A stretch of DNA of 64,000 nt from Bacteriovoracia bacterium (GCA_050246755.1 JBFWVL010000001.1:832001-896000); one strand, 5' to 3'. Counted from the first letter of the stretch, positions 1 through 8,730 are shown. The notes: generated by a model not told the origin, from the letters alone. A program made the numbers and translations.

Positions 1-228
1 GTCTCGGATCAAAATAAAAAACAAACGCGCCGAGATCAAAAAGGCTCAACCCGATAAAATGAAAAAGGCCGCCCCCAGGTAACAGCCAACCGGAGGGGAG
101 TAGCCTAAAGGCACAGACATGACTTTTATCGATTATAAAAGACGCCTCAAACAAAGTGGGCTCCCTTAGACAGTCGCGCAGGAGAACGCTTAGAAGCCAT
201 GAGGCATATGGAATCGGGCAAAAACTAC

Positions 229-537
229 CTACTCTGCCCGCCTTACCTTCTGCGGACCATTTTTTTCGCCTAGCGCCGAAGCTAAAATCTCTCTTTCGGT
301 AGCGTTAATAATGTCAATCAACTCGCTGGCAGGAATATCATATAGCCTAATCAGCACCTTTAGTTTCTTAACCGGTGGAAGCGCTATCCCTCTCTCGAAA
401 TTGGAAATAAATTGAGCCGAGGAATACCCTAACAGCCGAGCCACACGCCCTTGGGTAAGATTTTTAGCCGCACGGGCCGCCTGCAAATAAACACCCACTT
501 CTTCATATTTCCTAGAAATCAAATATTGTTTCGTCAT
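229..537 (-). CDS. XRE/Cro-C1 family helix-turn-helix transcriptional regulator
   Basis: 102 aa with the HTH_3 pattern LQAARAAKNLTQGRVARLLGYSSAQFISNFERGIALP; divergent from the desaturase. Confidence 0.9.
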   Translation of the reverse strand: MTKQYLISRKYEEVGVYLQAARAAKNLTQGRVARLLGYSSAQFISNFERGIALPPVKKLKVLIRLYDIPASELIDIINATEREILASALGEKNGPQKVRRAE

Positions 538-709
538 CGTCGTTCCAAGGTTAAGAATTTCTTCCCGTCACCCTCACTTAGTTACCGAAATGTGTACCGA
601 ATATATACTTAATATTAATCAGCCAAAAACTTTTTAAAATGGGCGTTTGCTTTTGCCATCAAATCACCTTTCTGCGCCGAATCAATGCGTTTCTATTTGA
701 CAGAACATC

Positions 710-732
710 AATATATTAAAGTTATATATATT
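710..732. promoter_or_regulatory. AT-rich inverted repeat (AATATAT-N9-ATATATT) just downstream of a TTGACA hexamer; candidate operator
   Basis: TTGACA at 697-702; palindrome arms at 710-716 and 726-732, in the divergent XRE/desaturase intergenic region; low complexity. Confidence 0.3.
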
Positions 733-805
733 CTCCTTAAGAGAGCAACGGGCTTAACCGATAGATCGGAGGCCACGGCACAAACGAAAGCGACATGGGT
801 ACTCA

Positions 806-1741
806 ATGCAAAAGGCCTCTTACTCTCGGATAACGCAACAACTCGACTTTTACCCCAACGCGGGCCCCCTGGTGGCTCACATTACTGGGGATGCATTTAT
901 TCTAACGGCATTTCTTTTTACCAATCACGGTAAACTCTATGCTGTATCGCAACTATTGCTTCCGCTTCTAATGTTTCGCGCCTTCGCCCTAATGCACGAT
1001 TGCGTGCACGGAAGCGCGACAAAAATAAAGGCACTAGGAGATGGCATCGGCATTGTCACGGGAGCCCTTTGCCTTCTTCCCTATGAGCCTTGGAAAAAAA
1101 TTCATCTGCTGCACCATAAGTGGACAGGCAATCTAGATCAAGACCCGTCCATGGGCCTTATTAAGCAGTTTCCGGCATTCAGTCGCGCGCGGGTGAGTAT
1201 TCTAAATTTCTGCTGGCGGCATAGGCTTCCCGGCCTGGCGATTTCCCAGCATTTTGTCTTCTGGGCGAAGTCTTATAAATTCGTGCTCACTGCCGAAAGT
1301 CGGGCGGAAAAAGTGAAAAACGCGCTTTCGATTCTTGTTCCGATACTTCTGTACGCAGTGTTTAGTTGGACGAAAAACGTTCCGGGCCTACTGCTTTACC
1401 TGGCAATGGTCGAGATCATTAACTTTCCTCACCACCTGCAAATGCCCATGCTAGAAGGAAGAAATTCTTTTCCCGTATATGAGCAACATCAGACGGCGCG
1501 CTCATGCCATTATCCAAGATGGTTTTCCCGGAATGCACTTAATAATTTTAATCTCCACATCGAGCACCATCTCTTTCCGCGCCTGCCCTGGTACCGATTA
1601 GACACCGCTCGCGATCTCGTACGCGCCGAACTCCAGGGCGAATATACGGCAGGCAATGATTGGATGCGGGAGAATCGACAATGGCCCATCGAAAAAGTTC
1701 TCGCTAAGAATCTGACCCCACCAGCAGAAAAGGCGGCATAG
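806..1741 (+). CDS. membrane-bound fatty acid desaturase family protein
   Basis: Three His boxes (HDCVH, HLLHH, HIEHH) and hydrophobic segments. Confidence 0.9.
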   Translation: MQKASYSRITQQLDFYPNAGPLVAHITGDAFILTAFLFTNHGKLYAVSQLLLPLLMFRAFALMHDCVHGSATKIKALGDGIGIVTGALCLLPYEPWKKIHLLHHKWTGNLDQDPSMGLIKQFPAFSRARVSILNFCWRHRLPGLAISQHFVFWAKSYKFVLTAESRAEKVKNALSILVPILLYAVFSWTKNVPGLLLYLAMVEIINFPHHLQMPMLEGRNSFPVYEQHQTARSCHYPRWFSRNALNNFNLHIEHHLFPRLPWYRLDTARDLVRAELQGEYTAGNDWMRENRQWPIEKVLAKNLTPPAEKAA

Positions 1742-1745
1742 GAAA

Positions 1746-2444
1746 ATGGAAAAATTATCAAACGTCTCCGCTTACAAACTATTCATATTGCCGGGACGCT
1801 GTCCGGCGGGCTTTGAGCACATATCGTTCCACAACGAGGTTTATGCTTTTTGGAAGCAATTCTGGGCAAGCGTGTTTAAAGAGAACAATACCCCAAGCGC
1901 TCCCGACGCCAATATCTTCTACCGCCAGGATTTCGTGGGTGTAGTGACGAAAGAAGAAAAAATCGTTGGTACGGTGTTCTTCACCGAAAACAATTTAGCG
2001 AGCGATGTAGTGTCCGAGATCGGCTACTTTTCCCGCCCCTATGTGAATGAGTTCAGCCAAAGAATGCGACGAGATAAAATTCATACGTTGTCGACCTTAG
2101 AAATGCTGACGGTGGCGCCTGAATTTCGAAAAAAAGTAGCAGGCATCTCATTTGGTACTGTCCTAATCGGAATCGTAATGGAAGCCTTTAAGGCTAGCGG
2201 CGCCGAGATCATTTTTGGCCCTGTGCGTACGGACAATGGCGCGGACAAGCTCCTGATCGATTTTGGCTGGAAACTAATTTCCGACGTCTACTCCATGCAC
2301 GGCACACCGGTGGCCCTCTCAGCCCTCTTTCGCGATGATCTCAAAGCAAGCGAAAGCTCTCTTCACCAAAAACTGGTCGAAGATCTCTGGCATAACCGCA
2401 TGGATTTGCGCAAATCTGATCTAAGGATGCTGAAGGCAGCCTAG
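1746..2444 (+). CDS. hypothetical protein with probable GNAT/acyltransferase (LuxI- or N-acyl amino acid synthase-like) fold
   Basis: Motif-A-like LEMLTVAPEFRKK and the C-terminal pattern ADKLLIDFGWK; 4 bp after the desaturase stop with an AAGGA RBS. Confidence 0.55.
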   Translation: MEKLSNVSAYKLFILPGRCPAGFEHISFHNEVYAFWKQFWASVFKENNTPSAPDANIFYRQDFVGVVTKEEKIVGTVFFTENNLASDVVSEIGYFSRPYVNEFSQRMRRDKIHTLSTLEMLTVAPEFRKKVAGISFGTVLIGIVMEAFKASGAEIIFGPVRTDNGADKLLIDFGWKLISDVYSMHGTPVALSALFRDDLKASESSLHQKLVEDLWHNRMDLRKSDLRMLKAA

Positions 2445-2449
2445 TTATT

Positions 2450-3160
2450 TTAGATAAAATGAATGCTCTCACCCGTCTGATCGCTGCTAGCAAGCACTTC
2501 TTTAGCAGTGGTGGAGGCTATCCAAGCAATCGCTTGGCCGTCCCGAAGTAGCGGAGCGATATGACCAAATGTTACTTTCACGATTTTTCGGTTTTCAGTC
2601 GCGCGCTCGCGCATATAGTGCTCTGGCCCCTCAAGAGGTAGGCACGTCTTCATTTTGGCAACCTTTTCCACATGATCAAGAATGATATTCGTAACGGATT
2701 TGGATCGCTCATAGAGGTAGTCCCAGCTACGTCCGAAAAAATCATCGATCGTATAGTCGGAAATATCAAAGAAGGTCAGATTACGAAAAAGCTGCGTTCC
2801 CTCGAAATCGAAAATTTCTACGATTTCCTCTCCCGTTAGCTGGTTAATGAACTCTTCTGGGATCGAGACGCGAAACCGGAAGGCAATCGACCGTAATGCC
2901 TGCCGGGGATTACGAAGGGCATCGATGCTTTCTTCTTCGAGGTCCTGGCAGATGAGAAAATAATCTCGAAGCTGCCTAAAATATTTTTCCTTGTCGGCAA
3001 TGGGTAGGAGACGGAAATGCTCTAGGCCACCCGCCGAAAAGGTACGCCTGTTGATCCCGTTACGAAGGAGGAAATGCTGAAATTGATTCACAAGCGCCAG
3101 GTATTGTTGATCAATCTCCCCTGACTGGAGCTCGTGAGCTTTTTTTAGGGAAACCTGCAT
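2450..3160 (-). CDS. hypothetical protein with a C-terminal PAS-like domain and no output domain
   Basis: IVEIFDFEGTQLFRNLTFFDISDYTIDDFFGRSWDYLY matches the PAS N-terminal pattern; ends in PAC-like beta strands (IAPLLRDGQAIAWIA). Confidence 0.55.
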   Translation of the reverse strand: MQVSLKKAHELQSGEIDQQYLALVNQFQHFLLRNGINRRTFSAGGLEHFRLLPIADKEKYFRQLRDYFLICQDLEEESIDALRNPRQALRSIAFRFRVSIPEEFINQLTGEEIVEIFDFEGTQLFRNLTFFDISDYTIDDFFGRSWDYLYERSKSVTNIILDHVEKVAKMKTCLPLEGPEHYMRERATENRKIVKVTFGHIAPLLRDGQAIAWIASTTAKEVLASSDQTGESIHFI

Positions 3161-3291
3161 TCGATTCCTGTTTTCTTTCTACTAATATATTTATGCTGTT
3201 ATTTACCCAGGCCTGACACATTAAGTCAACAATTTTCTAGGACCCCGTCCTTTCCTATTTTTTGCGGTGACCGTGGCGACAGAGAAAAAAT

Positions 3292-4938
3292 TTAAACTAT
3301 TGCTCGCACAAACTTAGCCGCCTCTTGGGCCGCCGTGAAGCAGCTCTCGAAAGCTGGGCTCATATAATTATCCTGATTCGCAAAAGCAATCCGGCCATGA
3401 GGCGCCGAAATAAACTCAAACGTGCTTCCCGTGAGCATTCCCGGTTGCGCGAGCGGAAGAGAATGTCCCCAGCGGGTTACGCGGATGCCCTCGATGGAAT
3501 CGGCCGGAAGCCCGAGGCTCACGAGAGTTTTGGGAAATTCCTTTTCGATCTCATCTTTGATGCGCTTATGCGCCACCTCGCTCGAAACCAAGCTGCGCGC
3601 ACCCTCGAAGGGGTACGGCTTGTACAAAGTAAGCACGGATTGCCCTTTGCCACGATCGGCCCAGCCGGCGAATACGAAATCGGCCCAAGGACGATCCGTG
3701 CGGGAGCCGAACGTAGGCGAGGCCGGAACTTTTCCTTCGAGGGAGAAAATATCGAAGGCCGGTGCGGAAACGTTCGTCTTCAGCAATACGTTGCAAACCG
3801 CGTAGGCGCGGTAGAGCAATTCTTTCCAAGTATCGTCGCGATCGGAATCGAGCCCTTTCACGATATAACGGGCCACGTACTTGGGAGCGGCCATCACCAC
3901 GGCATTCGCCTTCAGTAAGCGGATTTTTCCCGTATTGTCTTCGTAGAGAATCTCTATCCCGTCGGCCACGTTCTTTACTTCGAGTACCATCGAGTGGGAT
4001 TTGAGATTCTCGGCTGGAAGTTTTTCCATTAAAGACTGATGGAGCGCCACGCCGATGGCGGCATTTCCACCGGGAAATGCGATCACGCCTTGGGTTTCGG
4101 CGCAGATGAAATTCAGGAACTGCGCGGCGGAAAGCTCGTCGAGCGAGCCCCCAAAAGAAGACCAGCAGTAGATCTGGAAAAACTCCTCCACGTGCGGATG
4201 AAGATCGGGGAATTTTTTTCCTAACCAAGCTTTGGCCGTTTGGTTGTCGAGGGCACGGAATTCTTCCTGGGTGAGGTCACTGTTTTGGGTCCAGGGAATT
4301 TCCGGGTAGGCTTCGCGGTAGATGCGGGAGAGCTCGGCGGTAACTTTTGCGACAGCCTCGCGGCGGGCGGGATCGGTTTCGCCCCGCCAGATTTTCTTGA
4401 GGCCGGAGAAGCTTACTTGCACATCTTCGGGATTTTCCCTCCGATAGGATGGGGCGATGCCGATTTCCGCAAATAATTTCTCGATCTCTCCGCCCTCTTC
4501 CGGCACGCCGATATATGCGGCGCCGATGGAAAAAGCCGAGCCACGGTATTCCTCGCCCTTAGAATTTCCCCCAAAGGCCGGCGCCTGCTCGAAAAGAACC
4601 GGAGATTGATCGCGAAGGGCATAGGCACTTAGTAGCCCCGACATTCCTCCCCCCACCACCGCCACCTTCGTGAACTCCGCGGAGGTTGGCCGCCCGCCTT
4701 TTCCGCGCACGTAATTTTCCACGTTCCAGAGGAGATCGTGCGGGCGGGAAATATCGTCGCCATTGAAAGCTCCGCTCCCGAAGGGGCCGGATATTTTCTG
4801 TATCGGGGAGGCAGAAGGGATTTCGAAAGTTTCTCCGGCGTGCGCCAGCGGGAATCGGAGCAAAGGAAATCCGCGGCTGAAGCCGTAGAGGCCCAAGCCC
4901 GCGGTAGCGCATCTTTGGAGGAACTTTCTTCGGTCCAT
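3292..4938 (-). CDS. Tat-exported FAD-dependent oxidoreductase (amine oxidase/protoporphyrinogen oxidase-like)
   Basis: Twin-arginine signal MDRRKFLQ; Rossmann motif VAVVGGGMSGL; RWGH motif; ATG overlaps the upstream TAA. Confidence 0.85.
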   Translation of the reverse strand: MDRRKFLQRCATAGLGLYGFSRGFPLLRFPLAHAGETFEIPSASPIQKISGPFGSGAFNGDDISRPHDLLWNVENYVRGKGGRPTSAEFTKVAVVGGGMSGLLSAYALRDQSPVLFEQAPAFGGNSKGEEYRGSAFSIGAAYIGVPEEGGEIEKLFAEIGIAPSYRRENPEDVQVSFSGLKKIWRGETDPARREAVAKVTAELSRIYREAYPEIPWTQNSDLTQEEFRALDNQTAKAWLGKKFPDLHPHVEEFFQIYCWSSFGGSLDELSAAQFLNFICAETQGVIAFPGGNAAIGVALHQSLMEKLPAENLKSHSMVLEVKNVADGIEILYEDNTGKIRLLKANAVVMAAPKYVARYIVKGLDSDRDDTWKELLYRAYAVCNVLLKTNVSAPAFDIFSLEGKVPASPTFGSRTDRPWADFVFAGWADRGKGQSVLTLYKPYPFEGARSLVSSEVAHKRIKDEIEKEFPKTLVSLGLPADSIEGIRVTRWGHSLPLAQPGMLTGSTFEFISAPHGRIAFANQDNYMSPAFESCFTAAQEAAKFVRAIV

Positions 4939-5222
4939 TAGATCGCCGTGCATTCCCAGACTACGGGATTTACCGATTCGTTCTCGCGGCAATCGTATTT
5001 GAGCTGGGTACGGTCTTTGAGAGAAATTTCCACGGCAAAACGCTCGTGGCCAGTCAGGGTTGCACTGATCGAATAGAATTGGCGGCGCACGTCTGGAGTT
5101 TGGCTGCGCTGAAACAATTCGGTGGCGGCGAGAACGGCATCGGACGATTGCTTGGCCACGGAGCCGTGCGCGTGGGCCAGCGTGGGGAGAACAGAGAGAG
5201 CGAGCACGAGGATAGCTTTCAT
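4938..5222 (-). CDS. small secreted hypothetical protein
   Basis: Signal peptide MKAILVLALSVLPTLAHA, then HGS; C-terminal Cys pair; TAATG coupling to the oxidoreductase. Confidence 0.75.
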   Translation of the reverse strand: MKAILVLALSVLPTLAHAHGSVAKQSSDAVLAATELFQRSQTPDVRRQFYSISATLTGHERFAVEISLKDRTQLKYDCRENESVNPVVWECTAI

Positions 5223-5300
5223 GGGGATTTTCCTTATCGATAAAGATTTTTTGGGGTTGCGATCCGTTGTTATCCCGAAGGCCACCAGGAGTGCAATTTA

Positions 5301-5319
5301 TTTGATAATGGTTATCAAA
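5301..5319. promoter_or_regulatory. Fur-box-like palindrome
   Basis: TTTGATAA-TGG-TTATCAAA with perfect 8-bp arms, resembling the Fur consensus GATAATGATAATCATTATC. Confidence 0.6.
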
Positions 5320-5450
5320 ATCGCCAAATGGCCTTTCCGAAGAGACAGCGAAGGAAAGGCCTATTTCGATCCTGCCTTTGCCCCATTATATTGTCGTCAC
5401 TTCCCCCTTCATCGCCCCATTGCTCAAAAAAATACCTATGTATTTCAAAT

Positions 5451-5469
5451 ATTTATAACCATAATCAAT
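5451..5469. promoter_or_regulatory. second, weaker Fur-box-like site
   Basis: ATTTATAACCATAATCAAT matches the reverse complement of the 5301 box at 15 of 19 positions. Confidence 0.4.
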
Positions 5470-5585
5470 ATCCGACTATTTTAGTTAACTATGGGCAGCA
5501 TTTCCTGTATACTAATCAGCGAACCCCTCTTTGCGCCCACGCCTCTACCGCCGGACTCAAAGATTTTCGCTACCCAGAGGACGTT

Positions 5586-6575
5586 ATGAAACCAAGCACC
5601 CTGTTTGCCCTAATCACCCTCGTTACCATCTTTGCCCATCCCGCCCACGCCGCAGTGCCCGCGGAACAAGAGCTTACCGAACAAGAGATTCCCGCCACCG
5701 ACGATGACAGCGACGAAGTGGCCGCGAAAGCCAGTACCATCATTAAAGGCGCCATGCAAAACGTGGTGTGCGTGCAGTCCACCACCCTTAACGTCCGCAA
5801 CAGCAATCTCCGCAAAGTTCTCTTCAACGTAAAGCGCTACGAAAAAGTAAAAATGTTTCAAGGCTGGGGTAAAAACTCCCAGGTAAAACGCCTAGGCGGC
5901 AAGCGCCATACGTTCGTAAAAGTTCAATTCCCCGACCGCGACGACAAAATGGGATGGATTGCCAAAGGATTCATTAAACCCGCGTCCCAATGTGGTGGCG
6001 CCGTGAAAGAAGAAAAGAAAATCGTGGAGCAAGCCGAGAGGGAAAATCCTCCTGCCCGCGTTAGCGTGGCCGGTCTTAACGACGAAAAATGCTGTGAGTT
6101 TCCGTTAGCCACCGCCCCGCTTAAACCCATTACCTCTCCCGGGATGTGGAATTTCGGCTGGAGACGCAACGGCGGAAAGCGCACGCACGCCGCATGCGAC
6201 CTATACCACTCCAAAGGCGATGCCGTGGTGGCCGTTGCTCCCGGCGTGGTGGTACGTGATCGCTATTACTTTTACCAAAACACCTACGCCCTCGAAGTGC
6301 GCCACGCCGGCGGCTTCGTGGTTCGCTACGGTGAAATCCTCGGCAAGCAAGCCGCGGGAGTTTCTTCGGGCCGCCGTGTAGAATCTGGCCAAACCGTGGG
6401 TTACATGGGGAAAACCAGCCACCCCGTGCCGATGCTACACTTTGAATTGTATAAAGGCACCGCGCAAGGCTCGCTCAGCGGCCGCGGGAATAAATACCAG
6501 CGTCGATCTGACTTGCTCGACCCCACCCAGTATCTGGTAAAGTGGGAAAGCGCGAAATTCCGCGATCGTAAGTAA
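5586..6575 (+). CDS. secreted M23 family peptidoglycan endopeptidase with an N-terminal SH3b-like domain
   Basis: Signal peptide; TLNVR...GWIA SH3b pattern; HAACD and MLHFE M23 motifs; GAGGA RBS before ATG 5586. Confidence 0.85.
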   Translation: MKPSTLFALITLVTIFAHPAHAAVPAEQELTEQEIPATDDDSDEVAAKASTIIKGAMQNVVCVQSTTLNVRNSNLRKVLFNVKRYEKVKMFQGWGKNSQVKRLGGKRHTFVKVQFPDRDDKMGWIAKGFIKPASQCGGAVKEEKKIVEQAERENPPARVSVAGLNDEKCCEFPLATAPLKPITSPGMWNFGWRRNGGKRTHAACDLYHSKGDAVVAVAPGVVVRDRYYFYQNTYALEVRHAGGFVVRYGEILGKQAAGVSSGRRVESGQTVGYMGKTSHPVPMLHFELYKGTAQGSLSGRGNKYQRRSDLLDPTQYLVKWESAKFRDRK

Positions 6576-6625
6576 GCCGGCCATTGCCGCGCTCCTGCCG
6601 GTCGCCTGACCTGGGAGCCTAAGCA

Positions 6626-7462
6626 ATGAATAAGAAAATAATCTATGTCGCAATCGCATTAGCCGTGGCCATCTCCGCCGCGGCTTTTGTTTTTAGCAAG
6701 AAGAGCTATTCTCCGGGCGAGTCTTCCGCGGTGATGAATTCCGAAACGGAAGGTGGCGCGGCGGGGTCGTCCGCGACCCCGGGCTCTTCCGCTCCTTCTG
6801 CTAGCAGCGAGGATGCTAACCAGGCTTCTTCCTCTTCCACGTCTTCCCCTCCCCCCTCCAGCGGACCCTCTTTGCCGGTCAACGACGCCGCGGGCTCCAA
6901 GGCCAGCAAGTGGGCGGAAGTCCCCCTCTCCGCGAAGGAAATAAAATCGGTACGCGTAATGAGCGCCACGCTCGTAAAATTTCTCGACCCTAAAATGGGA
7001 AATCCCGATCTCCTGGTGAAAGAATTCAATAAGGCTGGCATGCAAGCGGTGATGGCTAAAGACTTCAACCAGTACACCGGGAAAATGATAGTCGTGCGCT
7101 GTAATAACCCTCCGCCGGGAACGCGCTGCTGCCATGCTCAATACTTCGAGGACGAAAACAAAAAATCTTTCCTGCAGCATATGTCGTTCGAGGTAAGGCC
7201 GGGGAAAGGCGCGATGGAGCAAGTTATTAGCTCTCTAGAAGAAGCGCTGAAGCCTCTTAAGCTGGGAAAACTGGAAAAGCCCGTTTCGAAAACCGAAGAC
7301 AAGGTTCACTGGGAACTGCAGGAAGATTATACCGCCACCATCAAAAAGCTTTCTACCGCGGACGACCTAAAGAACGATCCCTTCTGCGCTCACGATCCCG
7401 AAGAAGACAAGGATTCCTATAAAGTAATGGTGGAAATGGCGCCGGACGACGACCATGACTAG
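6626..7462 (+). CDS. membrane-anchored hypothetical protein with a Ser/Pro-rich linker
   Basis: N-terminal TM helix, low-complexity linker, Cys-containing globular C-terminus. Confidence 0.7.
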   Translation: MNKKIIYVAIALAVAISAAAFVFSKKSYSPGESSAVMNSETEGGAAGSSATPGSSAPSASSEDANQASSSSTSSPPPSSGPSLPVNDAAGSKASKWAEVPLSAKEIKSVRVMSATLVKFLDPKMGNPDLLVKEFNKAGMQAVMAKDFNQYTGKMIVVRCNNPPPGTRCCHAQYFEDENKKSFLQHMSFEVRPGKGAMEQVISSLEEALKPLKLGKLEKPVSKTEDKVHWELQEDYTATIKKLSTADDLKNDPFCAHDPEEDKDSYKVMVEMAPDDDHD

Positions 7463-7469
7463 GCCCCGC

Positions 7470-8285
7470 TTAAGCCGTGAGTAAGAATAGCAGTAGCCCG
7501 ATCATCAAATCGGCCACCACGTGGGCCAAGAACGGCGCGAGCATTCCTTCCGATCGTTCGCGCAAGTAGCCGAGCATCAATGCGTAAATAAAAGTCATGC
7601 AGTAGCCGAGCTTGCCGTTGGGAAAGCCCGCGCGGTAATGGGCAGCCGCAAAGGCCGAAGCTTGTAGCGTCAGCACCAAAGGTAAGTTTGCAGGAAAGCG
7701 TTTCTTCAGGGCCTCCTGCAAAAAACCCCGGTATACCGCCTCTTCGGCAAACGCATTCACCAAGGCGAAAACGGGGATGTATATCCCAAGCATGAGCCAA
7801 GCCGGCGTGGTCCGCATCCCCTTCATCATCGAGCTGCCAAGCCCAAGATAATCGGCCCACATCGCCCATAATCCCAAGGCAACCACGGAAACCAGGCTCG
7901 TGATCACCACCAGTGCCAAGGTGATTTGGCTAAGCGAGCCTTTCTTGGCCCACGACAATGCCGGCTTCAGCCAGGCGGTCGGAAGCAGGCAAAGATAGGT
8001 AAAAAGAAGCGCGGCCAGAAATCCACCGGCGGGCACCGACCATACAAAATTAGGGAATAGGAATAGCGGCCCTAGATAGAGCAGGAAAAAAAGTAGGGCC
8101 GCGGGTCCGATATCATCCGCTTTAGCGGCGATACTGCAAACAAGAAGAGCGGCGATTGCCAAACAAAGCGCGTAGGCGGCTCCGATCCCGCCGAAGAGCA
8201 CGAAGGTTTCACCCGCGATCACCAGCAGGAAGAGCGTGCTTAAAAATGTCGGACGAACGCGAACCATGTCCTTCGATTGTTCCAC
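7470..8285 (-). CDS. CPBP (CAAX/Abi) family intramembrane glutamic endopeptidase
   Basis: EEAVYRG, FAAAH and AHVVAD motifs; multiple TM helices. Confidence 0.9.
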   Translation of the reverse strand: MEQSKDMVRVRPTFLSTLFLLVIAGETFVLFGGIGAAYALCLAIAALLVCSIAAKADDIGPAALLFFLLYLGPLFLFPNFVWSVPAGGFLAALLFTYLCLLPTAWLKPALSWAKKGSLSQITLALVVITSLVSVVALGLWAMWADYLGLGSSMMKGMRTTPAWLMLGIYIPVFALVNAFAEEAVYRGFLQEALKKRFPANLPLVLTLQASAFAAAHYRAGFPNGKLGYCMTFIYALMLGYLRERSEGMLAPFLAHVVADLMIGLLLFLLTA

Positions 8286-8457
8286 TTCGTTGCTCCATTA
8301 CTCAAGCCGGGGATCGCGAAAATCTCACTTTGCGCACGTGGCGTGCGCTGAGGTGTGCGGCGCAAGGCGGATATAGGCACTTCTCCATCGAAACGCGTTT
8401 TACCGGGAGCTACAAAGAAGGAGTACGGCTCTGGCCGAAGATTTTTAAGGAGATCCC

Positions 8458-8580
8458 ATGAAAGTGCTTACCCAAATTTTCTTTGTCGCCCTCTTTCACT
8501 TCGTGCTTGTACTCGACGCCGAAGCCACTCCCCAGCATTCGGCTCCGCCCCAAATTTCCACCCGGGCACAGGTTCGCTAG
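8458..8580 (+). CDS. putative 40-aa secreted peptide (below the ORF-track cutoff)
   Basis: AAGGAG RBS then ATG; MKVLTQIFFVALFHFVLVLDAEA|TPQHSAPPQISTRAQVR*; signal peptide with an A-x-A site. Confidence 0.5.
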   Translation: MKVLTQIFFVALFHFVLVLDAEATPQHSAPPQISTRAQVR

Positions 8581-8730
8581 TCTCTCCTTCACCAAGCCCG
8601 GGTGTCCCTTCTATCCTTCAATTCCCGAGCGGGCCGCTAGCCAAATCATTCTCTTGCAGCGCTCGACCCTCCTTGACCCTCCCCGGCGATGCACTACAAT
8701 TTTCTAATCAACCACCATTAAGGAAATTCG

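Noticed and set aside
765-805. GGCACAAACGAAAGCG, reminiscent of a c-di-GMP-I riboswitch
   Set aside because: The paired stems and the second hairpin could not be built by eye; an Infernal search would be needed.
685-933. 82-aa ORF overlapping the desaturase promoter and 5' end
   Set aside because: No recognisable motifs; overlaps a well-supported gene in another frame.
5328-5585. Long N-terminal extension of the M23 ORF in the track
   Set aside because: The RBS and signal peptide point to ATG 5586; the extension covers the regulatory region.
8410-8595. 61-aa minus-strand ORF and other overlapping ORFs at 8156-9014
   Set aside because: No RBS or motifs; the plus-strand 8458-8580 peptide and yceI explain the region better.
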